From Proteromonas lacertae (Eukaryota): 64,000 bases of DNA. Each line of letters begins with the position of its first letter. Positions within the stretch are counted from its first letter, which is position 1. The position numbers were made by a program, and so were the translations under genes. Location of the stretch: positions 186,001 through 250,000 of the forward strand of contig NGBS01001166.1 in assembly GCA_002245135.1 (NCBI GenBank). Reading direction: 5' to 3'. The notes beneath the pieces were generated by a model. It worked only from the letters and a program-made list of their open reading frames with translations. It did not search any database and was not told the origin of the DNA. Shown here piece after piece: positions 54,892-64,000 of the stretch.

Positions 54892-54972
54892 AAACTTTTT
54901 AAAATTACGTGACATATGTCATATTAGGTCATAATTTATTTTTGCATTTTCTAGAATATTCTAATTTCATAT

Positions 54973-55281
54973 ATGGATAATCTAATTAAAGAAGAAGCAG
55001 AAAATGGTTTTGATTCTTTATATGAAATGTGTAATGTATATCTCAATAAGAATGATGATGGGAGCAATGACTATCAAACATCAATTAAAATAGCATGTGA
55101 GATTATATTAAAATTAAAAGAATTAAATGAAGAATATCATTTAGGATTAGATGATATGGTATTACATCAAATAGGAAGATTAGAAGGGAAAAAAATAGCA
55201 AGTCAATATTTACAAAAAGAATTAGAAAAACAATTAAATGAAATAATACCAAGTTTAAACAATATGTTAAAAATCAAATAA
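54973..55281 (+). CDS. Element-encoded hypothetical protein, 102 aa
   Basis: Intronless ATG-TAA ORF, amphipathic helical pattern, no recognised motif. Confidence 0.65.
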   Translation: MDNLIKEEAENGFDSLYEMCNVYLNKNDDGSNDYQTSIKIACEIILKLKELNEEYHLGLDDMVLHQIGRLEGKKIASQYLQKELEKQLNEIIPSLNNMLKIK

Positions 55282-55289
55282 AAAATTAA

Positions 55290-55763
55290 TTAGTCTTTAT
55301 CATCTTCCAATCTGTTTTTAAAAATATAATATATAGAATTTAATTCTGAATTTGTATCGATTAAATAGAGATAATGATTTTTTATATATCTAAAATTTTT
55401 AATAGTATTTGCATTCAAATTGAAATCTTCTTCAGAAATATATGCAAAATCTTCTACATAGAAAGTGTCCAGTTTATTAATTAATTTTTCTAAGTCTTCT
55501 ATAATATCCAGTCTATAAGATGTTAATTCAGATTTGTTAAATGTGGTTGCTATTTTACTTCTGTTATATTTCAATTCGATATTTTGTATGAAAGTTACAA
55601 AAGACTTTATTTTATCTCTTAGATCTGTTTTATCTTTACTACTAAAATTTTCACTTAGATTTAATTTATAGACCCTTCTACTTATATCATTTAAACTACT
55701 AATATAATTTTTAAGTACATCAAAGAATACATAGAATTCATATACTCTAGCAAAATTACTCAT
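55290..55763 (-). CDS. Element-encoded hypothetical protein, 157 aa
   Basis: Intronless ATG-TAA ORF convergent with the previous one, 8 bp apart. Confidence 0.7.
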   Translation of the reverse strand: MSNFARVYEFYVFFDVLKNYISSLNDISRRVYKLNLSENFSSKDKTDLRDKIKSFVTFIQNIELKYNRSKIATTFNKSELTSYRLDIIEDLEKLINKLDTFYVEDFAYISEEDFNLNANTIKNFRYIKNHYLYLIDTNSELNSIYYIFKNRLEDDKD

Positions 55764-55996
55764 ATTTTTTGGTATAAATTAATTAATTAATTAGATATAC
55801 TACTAATAGAAATTGTTCTTCCAATTCAAATCTGATCCAAAGAATATAATATAATTCAAGTAAAAGAAAGAAATATAAAGCAATAATATAAAATAATAAA
55901 TATAAGTCGTAAAAGAATTGATATATAACTTTTAGAAATTTCTAAAAGAATAAAAATAATAATAAAAATATAAAAAATTAATTTTTAATTTTCTAG

Positions 55997-58900
55997 ATGA
56001 ACCCTTTCATCCCTCCTTATTATTATTATTCAAACTTTAATTATTATAGTCCACCACCATTTGGAGCACCTTATATTCCTCCTCCACAAAATTATGGATT
56101 TAATCCCATGCCCATGCCATATCCAGGTATGGCACCTCCTAATATGTATGAACCACCTCCACCTATTCAAAATATTCCAGTAGTTAGAAATTATGTTCCA
56201 CCAAGAAATCTAGTTACAAATACAAATCCTGGTTTCAATTATTATCCTGGAAATATAGGAGTAGATTCAACACCTCAAATTAATATTCCTGAACCAGGAT
56301 TTGTAACACCACCTCCCAAGAGAAGATTAGATTTCGAAAACATAAGTCCTCCAAAAATACAAAGAAAAGGAGGTATGCAGGTTCAAATGCCTAATCCAAA
56401 TCCTAATCCAAATCAACCTGTTGTTGTTGTTAATCAACCTCCACCAAATGCACAACAGCGTAATAGAGTAGCTGATTTAAATTTATCTTATCAAGAAGAA
56501 AGAGATTTAAGAGAAGCAAGTGATATATTAGAAAATCATCCTACTAAATTATTAAAATTACCATATGAAAAGAGATTATATTATATGGACTTAATTCAGA
56601 GAAGTACAGATAATTATAGTAGAACATATCAAATTAACTTTTTAAATGATGTAAATGGTAAAGATCCAGATGCTGTTGTTGAAATTATAACTGATCCTAG
56701 TAGCCCATTAATTACTAAAATAAGAGAATATTTAGAAGATGTTAAATATATAAAAGTAACATTAAGTTTTAGAAGTGGTTATATAGGAGCAGACGATCCA
56801 GATTATAATAATCCAAATGGTAATAAAATTACAAATTGGGTATTCTTAGAATGTAGACCTGTAGTTATTACAGAATCAGAAATGAATGTTGCACATAAAA
56901 TATTAAAAGATAGAATAAGAACAGAAATGGGACCTTTATGGCATACTGAAAAATCAAGTTTAAAATTTAGACATGTTGGTGAAGTTGAAGTTCAATTAGT
57001 CAAAGCAACTGCTATGGCAGGTAGTGGTAAAAATAAAGAACTTCCAGATTGGATTAGAAATAGAAAATGTGTTATATCAATAGATAATAATAAAGAAAAT
57101 GATCAATTATGTTTTCTATATGCTATAGCAGCAGCATTTTTTCATGGTAATAATAATAATAAGAATTTAAATAGAGTAGAACAATATAAAGAATATATTA
57201 GAGTTAACTACAATTATAGTATGTTATATTTCCCAGTAGATCCTATAAAACATAAAAAACAAATTCATGAATTTGAAACAATAAATCATATAACATTAAA
57301 TATATTCAAAATAACAGATAAAGAAGTAGTTCCAATATATGTAACACATATAGATAAGTTCAATAATTATCCACATGTGAATTTATTATATAATGATAAA
57401 CATTATTCTACTATTACAAAATTAAATGTAATATTAATACCTAAAGGAAAGAAGTGTAAAAATGGTTATCCTAGATGTAATTATTGTTTTGCTTTATTAT
57501 CAACAGATGAAAAAAGAATACAACATGAAAAATATAATTGTCAACAACATAAAGGTATTATAAGAAATTTCCCTGAGAAAAATATTCAATTAGAATTTAA
57601 GAACTTTAAATATATGCAACTAATACCTATAGTAATATATTGGGATACTGAAGTTTATCAGGAGAAAGTAACAGATCCAATTTTAAATGAGAAAGGTATT
57701 TTATCAAAGCATATATTATCCAGTTGGTGTTTATATGTTGTATCAAAATATCCTAATATATATCCTAATAAAATTGAGTATGATTTTAAAACACCTAAAG
57801 ATAATGAAACAGATTTAGAGGATAGATTAATAGCTAAATTTATGGAAATACAAAAAGAAATATTAGATTTATATGAAGAAAAATTAAAAAATCCTGAAAA
57901 AATGATAGGATATAATAGAGAAGATCCTAAAAATAAATTGAATTATTGCATATACTGTAAAGAACCATTTGATTATAGGAATAAGAATAAGAAACCTGTT
58001 TTACACCACGACCACTTTAGTGGACAATATATAGGTAGAATATGTAATAATTGCAACTTCCATGTATGTTTAAATAATATGCCAATCCCTTGTATTGCTC
58101 ATAATTCCAAAAATTATGACAATAATTTCATTATTAGAGGATTGTCCAGATGGGATAATAAGTTAAGAGATGAATTTTGTAAAGAAAATAATATTGATCC
58201 TAATGTAAATTATGCTTCAGATACTGAATCTGATAGTGATACTGAAGAAGAAGATAATACTAGTTATACTAATTCTATTCCTGTTCCACATCAAGATAGT
58301 GATACATTTACTCCATTACCTCCTTATACTAATGGCTTTATAACAGCAAATAAAATAAAAGATTATGTGAAAAATTTAAGAAAAGAAAAACAAGAAGAAA
58401 AAGATGATAATAATAATTTCAGTATGAGTCCATTACATGATTCTTTAAGTGATATGGAAACTCAAGAAGCTGAAAGTGAAGTAATCCAAATTAATAATGA
58501 AGAAGTTAATGCATTGTTAGAATTAGAAGAAATGTTAAGAAGAGATAGTCCTAGAAATGCAGAAGATGTTATAGATGAAATAGATGAACAATCTGCTTAT
58601 AGAATTATTAAATGTAAAGATGGTAAAATAAGAAAATATAAAAACAAAAAACAATATAAATCACAATTATCAGTATTACCCAAAACAGATAATAAATTTT
58701 TATTAATAAAGTTCAACAAATTATACTTTATGGACTCTTATCAATTCTTACCAAGTTCTTTAGATTCTTTAACAAAGTCATTATATACTCAAGCAAAAAG
58801 AGATAATGGAAATTATCAAAAATATTTCAGTTATGTATATGAAGATATTTATAAAAAATATTCTGCTCCTGGTAAATTGGATCATGATATGAATATTGAT

Positions 58901-60913
58901 GCTTTTATCCATAAATGGTGTTTATCTAAAGGATATTTTCCATATGAATATGTAGATTCATTATCTAAATATTTTAATACTTTTGAACTACCTCCTAAAG
59001 AAGCATTCTATTCAAAGTTAAAAGATGATAATACTGTAACAGATGTTGAATATGCTAGTTGTCAGGCTTTATGGAAAGTTATTAGATGTGATAACTTAAT
59101 GGATTACAATTTATTTTATCTCAGATTAGATGTTCTTACATTAACATGTGTATTTGAACATTTTAGAGATGTTATATGGAATAATTTTACTTTAGATCCA
59201 TTATGGCATTGTAGTTCACCTGGTTTATCTTGGAGTATATTCCTTAAAAATTGTGATGTAAAAATTGATTTAATAAGTGACTCTGATATTTATGACTTTA
59301 TACATTCTGGATTAATAGGTGGGATTTCTATGGTTGGTAGTATGAGATATGCAGAGTCTTGGAATCATTATCAACCTCAATGGCAAGAGAAAAATAAAAA
59401 GGAAGTACAGGATCCAGATAATCAAACATATATTATGTATATGGATTATAATTCTTTATATCCAAGTACTATGGCTAGCATGAAGTTACCATATAGTGAA
59501 TTTGAATGGATTGAACCAACTACTGAAAATGTAAAGAAAATATTATCATTACATTACTATGAAGAACAAAGAGAAAAATATTACAATACAGAATGGATTA
59601 ATAAAAATATGTATGGATATATTCTAGAAGTAGATATTTCTCCTCCTAGTAATAGTAATGAAAGAAAAAAATTTGCTGAATATCCTTTGTTACCTGAAAG
59701 AAAAATAGTTGACTATGATAATTTATCTGAAATACAAAAGAAATGGGCAGAGTCTTTAGGATTAGTTTCAGAAGTTAAAAATAATATTGATAAAACATAT
59801 AAAGTTAAAAAGTTAAAGTCAAATGTTCCTAAAATAGTATGTGATTTAACAACAAAATACAACTATGTTGTTCACTATCAATATTTGAAATTTGCATGTG
59901 AAATGGGTTATGTTATACATCATATTCATAGAATTATCAGATTTAAAGAGTCTAATTATGCACATAACTTTGTAATGATGAATCATAACTTAAGAAGACA
60001 AGCTAAATTAGAAGGAAGGGATGCCGATGCTGATACTTTTAAGCTTATTCTAAATAGCGCTTATGGAAAGACATGTGAAAATACTGAGAATAGATGTACC
60101 TCCAAATTGGTTAATAATGAAGAAGACTTTTTACAGTGTACTTCCAATCCATTTTATAGAAGTTTTATTGCTATAGATAATAGTAACTTACGTATATGCA
60201 AATTTCAAAAATATAAATGCACTATTGATAAACCATCTTATATTGGTATGAGTATATTATGTGAATCTAAAAGGTTAATGGCTCAGTTCTGGTATGGACA
60301 TTTATATAGGAAATATGGGAGTAGTTTAAGATTATTGATGAGTGATACTGATAGTTTCATATTTATGGTTCAAACTAGAGATTTCTATATGGATATTATG
60401 AACGATCCACATTTTGAAAAGAAAGTTGATACTGGTAATCTTAATAAACAATACTTAATAACTAGAGGTATACACTATTCAAATGTTAATCAAAGTTCAG
60501 AACTTAACTTATTAAAAATAGAAGAAAATAAGAATGGTTTATACTCTATTACTAGATTTGCAGGATTAAAACCTAAAATGTATGCCTATGAAAAAGTAAG
60601 AGTAGACGATGATATACATTGTGTTACACATGATAGTAGAGCTAAAGGAGTTACAACTGGATATAGAATTAAAACTTGTGATTTTGACTTTTATAGAAAA
60701 ATATTAACAGATGCTGAAGATGAAAAGTCTTACAGAGTAGATAAAATCAAACAATATAGTTTCAGAAGTGTTAACCAAACTTTATATACTATGGAACAAA
60801 ATAAGTTGGCTTTTAGCATATTTGATTCTAAAAGGTATTATTTAGATGTTTATCATAGTATTCCTTTTAATGATTATTATCCACCTATTATTAATAACAC
60901 TACTAATGTTTGA
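55997..60913 (+). CDS. polB: Protein-primed family B DNA polymerase (Polinton type), 1638 aa
   Basis: ExoI WDTE, ExoII HNSKNYD, KGYFPYEY, ExoIII YLRLDV, motif A DYNSLYP, motif B KLILNSAYGK, motif C SDTDS and LKPKMY. Confidence 0.95.
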   Translation: MNPFIPPYYYYSNFNYYSPPPFGAPYIPPPQNYGFNPMPMPYPGMAPPNMYEPPPPIQNIPVVRNYVPPRNLVTNTNPGFNYYPGNIGVDSTPQINIPEPGFVTPPPKRRLDFENISPPKIQRKGGMQVQMPNPNPNPNQPVVVVNQPPPNAQQRNRVADLNLSYQEERDLREASDILENHPTKLLKLPYEKRLYYMDLIQRSTDNYSRTYQINFLNDVNGKDPDAVVEIITDPSSPLITKIREYLEDVKYIKVTLSFRSGYIGADDPDYNNPNGNKITNWVFLECRPVVITESEMNVAHKILKDRIRTEMGPLWHTEKSSLKFRHVGEVEVQLVKATAMAGSGKNKELPDWIRNRKCVISIDNNKENDQLCFLYAIAAAFFHGNNNNKNLNRVEQYKEYIRVNYNYSMLYFPVDPIKHKKQIHEFETINHITLNIFKITDKEVVPIYVTHIDKFNNYPHVNLLYNDKHYSTITKLNVILIPKGKKCKNGYPRCNYCFALLSTDEKRIQHEKYNCQQHKGIIRNFPEKNIQLEFKNFKYMQLIPIVIYWDTEVYQEKVTDPILNEKGILSKHILSSWCLYVVSKYPNIYPNKIEYDFKTPKDNETDLEDRLIAKFMEIQKEILDLYEEKLKNPEKMIGYNREDPKNKLNYCIYCKEPFDYRNKNKKPVLHHDHFSGQYIGRICNNCNFHVCLNNMPIPCIAHNSKNYDNNFIIRGLSRWDNKLRDEFCKENNIDPNVNYASDTESDSDTEEEDNTSYTNSIPVPHQDSDTFTPLPPYTNGFITANKIKDYVKNLRKEKQEEKDDNNNFSMSPLHDSLSDMETQEAESEVIQINNEEVNALLELEEMLRRDSPRNAEDVIDEIDEQSAYRIIKCKDGKIRKYKNKKQYKSQLSVLPKTDNKFLLIKFNKLYFMDSYQFLPSSLDSLTKSLYTQAKRDNGNYQKYFSYVYEDIYKKYSAPGKLDHDMNIDAFIHKWCLSKGYFPYEYVDSLSKYFNTFELPPKEAFYSKLKDDNTVTDVEYASCQALWKVIRCDNLMDYNLFYLRLDVLTLTCVFEHFRDVIWNNFTLDPLWHCSSPGLSWSIFLKNCDVKIDLISDSDIYDFIHSGLIGGISMVGSMRYAESWNHYQPQWQEKNKKEVQDPDNQTYIMYMDYNSLYPSTMASMKLPYSEFEWIEPTTENVKKILSLHYYEEQREKYYNTEWINKNMYGYILEVDISPPSNSNERKKFAEYPLLPERKIVDYDNLSEIQKKWAESLGLVSEVKNNIDKTYKVKKLKSNVPKIVCDLTTKYNYVVHYQYLKFACEMGYVIHHIHRIIRFKESNYAHNFVMMNHNLRRQAKLEGRDADADTFKLILNSAYGKTCENTENRCTSKLVNNEEDFLQCTSNPFYRSFIAIDNSNLRICKFQKYKCTIDKPSYIGMSILCESKRLMAQFWYGHLYRKYGSSLRLLMSDTDSFIFMVQTRDFYMDIMNDPHFEKKVDTGNLNKQYLITRGIHYSNVNQSSELNLLKIEENKNGLYSITRFAGLKPKMYAYEKVRVDDDIHCVTHDSRAKGVTTGYRIKTCDFDFYRKILTDAEDEKSYRVDKIKQYSFRSVNQTLYTMEQNKLAFSIFDSKRYYLDVYHSIPFNDYYPPIINNTTNV

Positions 60914-60997
60914 AACTTTTATATTTCTTTTTATTATTATATTTTTATATTATTATTATTTCTTTTGTTTTCTTTATATTATAAAAAATAAAAAATA

Positions 60998-62365
60998 ATG
61001 TATTTCGGATGGGATCCTGCTAAAGCATTTTTTAATACTATGAATGATGTAGGTAACTTAATGGATAAAAATATACAACATTTACCTAAACAACCTAAAT
61101 ATCCTGAATCATTGCAATATTATATGAATTATGGTAGAGATGGTATACCTAGAGAACCTCCTACTACTGACTATAAATTATATCCTAATCCTGAATATTC
61201 TCAATATCAAAATCGTTTACAACAACTATATAATAAATATCATTATTTAAGTGATAGAGATTTTATTAAAATGGTAATGAATCCTGCAGATAATAATGAA
61301 GTACCACCACCTATAGATGCTATAAAAGAATTTTTAGCTAGACAACCTGGTCATCAAATAGTAGACTTTCAGTATAAAAAGGATAATCCTTTCGTTAGTA
61401 TTAAAAAGCCTGGTTGGTTCCAGATGGATATAGTTTATTTTTTACCTGAAACACATCATCTGTATTTTATTGAAACTAACTCTCGAAAAGTATGGGTAGT
61501 ACCTTTGAAAAGAGAAGATGGAAATACTTGTTTAAATGCTTTCTTTTCTTGGTATTATAAAGAAGATCAAGAAGCTTTTTTAAATCCAAACTATCAACCT
61601 AATATAGTAGCTAAAAGAAGAGTTATTAGTATATTAAGTGATCAAGATGATAGTTTTAATAAAATAAAAGAATTTTGTGATACAGAAGGTATAAATACTT
61701 ATCAAAAAAATCCTTCAGAACATAGAATAATGAGTGTATTAGATAGAAGTGTATCTATGGTTAAAAAACTATTATATAAACATCTTGTTGAAATAGACTT
61801 TCCTGATCCCTTTCGTTATAGAAATCAAACTCATGCTAAAAGCTTTCCACCTAGTGCATATATGAATCAGTGGCTTACTAACTTTAATCATGAAGTATAT
61901 AAAGTAGTACAAGACTATAATAATAAACCTCATCCTGCATTAAAAGGATATACTCCTAATGAAGTATATCATTCTGAATTACTACAGAAAAGAGTATTAG
62001 TTGAAAGCATAAATAAAAATGTAGATAATGAATTTAAACTAGAAGATAAACAACGATTTAAAGTAGGCGACTATGTTAGATTTAAAGAAAGAAGAAGACA
62101 ATTAGATAAAATAACTACTTGGAGTGATGATGTTTATATGATTATAAATAAGTTTAGATTTTCATATCAAATAGGTGATACTAATGGTAACTTTGTACCT
62201 AATGTTAGTAATCAGAGGTTTAAGCATTATGAATTAGAATTAGTAGAAAGAGCGCAAGATAGAAATGCTTATTTTAGAGCGTATCAAGCAAACAGAAGAT
62301 TTTATAATCAACATTTTAGAAAAACATTAAAAAGACCAGGACTCAAAAGAAAGGGAATAGTATAA
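60998..62365 (+). CDS. Retroviral-like (rve) integrase of Polinton type, 455 aa
   Basis: FQMDI, ET.SRK.W..PLK, ILSDQD, LDRSV..VK, YNN.PH..L.G.TP and an SH3-like FKVGDYVR...WSDDVY.I. Confidence 0.92.
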   Translation: MYFGWDPAKAFFNTMNDVGNLMDKNIQHLPKQPKYPESLQYYMNYGRDGIPREPPTTDYKLYPNPEYSQYQNRLQQLYNKYHYLSDRDFIKMVMNPADNNEVPPPIDAIKEFLARQPGHQIVDFQYKKDNPFVSIKKPGWFQMDIVYFLPETHHLYFIETNSRKVWVVPLKREDGNTCLNAFFSWYYKEDQEAFLNPNYQPNIVAKRRVISILSDQDDSFNKIKEFCDTEGINTYQKNPSEHRIMSVLDRSVSMVKKLLYKHLVEIDFPDPFRYRNQTHAKSFPPSAYMNQWLTNFNHEVYKVVQDYNNKPHPALKGYTPNEVYHSELLQKRVLVESINKNVDNEFKLEDKQRFKVGDYVRFKERRRQLDKITTWSDDVYMIINKFRFSYQIGDTNGNFVPNVSNQRFKHYELELVERAQDRNAYFRAYQANRRFYNQHFRKTLKRPGLKRKGIV

Positions 62366-62400
62366 TATATATTCCATTAATTAATTAATTAATTAATTAT

Positions 62401-63648
62401 TTAAAGTTCTGATATTTCAATAAGTGCTCTGCTATTTACAGGCACTTTTGATAAATTATTTCCTTCTTCTGGAGGAGGAGGAGGTTCTTCTTGTTTAATT
62501 TTGGGTTTTGGAGTTTCTTTTTTTTCTTTAATAATATGGTGTTCTTTTGAAACTCTTCTTCTTTTGTTATATTTTCTATCTTCTTCATAATCACTATCAT
62601 GATCACTATTATCACTACTACTACTACTACTACTATCACTACTAGAACTATCATTTTTCTATATCAACATCTTCATGAGGGAATTTCTGGATATTTGAAT
62701 GTAGACCATCTATATATATTTAATTTCTGTTTTCTTTAGAAAATACCACTTTTCATTATTTGATTTAGCATCTTCCTGAAAATTTTTGAAAAATCACCTG
62801 TAAATTGGAATATGTAATGTGCTGAATTTGGCAAATATTTTTATATTACTATTAACATATTTTATTTCATCACAATTAGTTACAGCTATTGTTACTATAT
62901 TATTTTCTAAAAATTGATTTTGAAATTCTATATTATTATGTAAATTCATTATATAAGTTGTTGGTAAATATTTCATATAATCATATAAATCAAATTGAAA
63001 ATCATTAATTAATACATTGTTATTTGAATTAAATTTTATCTGGATTTTAGATGAAGTAAAAATTATTTTGTATTTATTTATTAAATTCCTATATTGATAA
63101 AAAAAGTATTATCATCCAAAATTTTATTAAGAGGAATAGTATTTTTGCAGAATAATGAATTAATTTTACTTCGTGTATTTGTTTTACGATTTTTTGCATC
63201 CATATACTTATCTTTTAAATAAATAAAAATTTCTTGATTTGCAACAAAGGATAAACTATAATATTCTGGATTGTCATCACATATATAAAATTTAGTATAT
63301 TTACTTTATTTTTGTAATCACAACTATATTTGATAGTTGTCCATATATAATTAATATTATTTTTGAGATTATTATTATGTTCCTTAATATATAATTTGAT
63401 AGGATTATGAATAAACAAAATTTGAAATATCTTTCATCCATAATATAAAAAGGAATTTCACAAGACCATGTATAAAAATGTTGACCTCTATTCATATTAG
63501 TAACTATTTTTAAACACATAAAAGTGTTGAATAAGAAAATCCAATTTCGATACCCAGTCCAACTGTGGGTATCTTCATATGCAATATAATAATTGCCTTC
63601 CATGTATTTTTTGACACAGGAATAATCAACACCAATATTTCCAGACAT
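62401..63648 (-). pseudogene. Element gene of about 400 codons broken by multiple small indels (decay or assembly error)
   Basis: Overlapping open frames from ATG 63648 to TAA 62403-62401 join with shifts at about 63418, 63306, 63102, 62800-62710 and 62656. Confidence 0.55.
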
Positions 63649-64000
63649 TTTAACTAATTATAATTAAAAAATTATGTAAGTGTTTGCTATTATTATATAA
63701 AATAATACAACTAATAAAAACAACAAAAATATTTAAAACAAATACAGAAATAAAGAATAATATTTTTATGAATATCAGTAAATATAAAAAATATTTATAT
63801 ATATTTATATAATATATTTATATTTTTTGAAAGACTTTTTAAATAATTCAATTTGTTTTTCACCAGTCTGAGTATTAAAATTAGTGCTTTGCTTAAAACT
63901 TTTATTTTTCTTTAATATATTTTCTAAAAATTTTATAGCAAAAAATCCACAATTTGATGTTGTGGACTTTTGATTTTGAATAGCATTAACTTTTAACTCA

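Larger units (their letters stand above)
54821..64000. mobile_element. Polinton/Maverick-like endogenous DNA virus (left part)
   Basis: Intronless protein-primed PolB next to an rve-type integrase; begins AGTAATAATAATAGT after candidate TSD GAGGAT; right end lies outside the window. Confidence 0.9.

Noticed and set aside
62794..62796. TGA readthrough or an alternative genetic code in the viral ORF
   Set aside because: A single instance in an indel-ridden region; polB ends at TGA and Trp is encoded by TGG in the viral genes
1..64000. tRNA, rRNA or snRNA genes
   Set aside because: No recognisable signatures by eye; a covariance-model search would be needed

Overview
AT-rich, gene-dense eukaryotic DNA with tiny GT-AG introns (about 24-45 nt), 50-95 bp divergent promoters and GT-rich 3' flanks. 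By inference this is a Blastocystis-like anaerobic stramenopile. Bases 1-54820 hold about 30 host genes, including NAD(P)HX dehydratase, STRAP, PP2C, a 3R-Myb, a Nup85-like gene, XPD, UTP18, epsilon-COP, a CCDC24-like gene, NFS1, MPC, TIPIN and MCM7. From about 54821 to the window end the organisation switches to intronless ORFs of an integrated Polinton/Maverick-like DNA virus. It has a candidate AG terminus and 6-bp target-site duplication, a structured subterminal repeat, an intact 1638-aa protein-primed PolB and an intact retroviral-type integrase, and it appears to have inserted into the 5' end of a host pseudokinase-LRR gene. Other notable signals: (i) several minor-spliceosome AT-AC introns that explain apparent premature stops; (ii) a roughly 2500-aa class-C-like 7TM receptor with six tandem bacterial AmiC/UrtA-like ligand-binding domains; (iii) a TCAAGCC motif recurring in seven divergent promoters. 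Scattered single-base frameshifts in low-complexity runs suggest residual assembly errors, so pseudogene calls are tentative. All family assignments come from motif recognition by eye; no database search was run.
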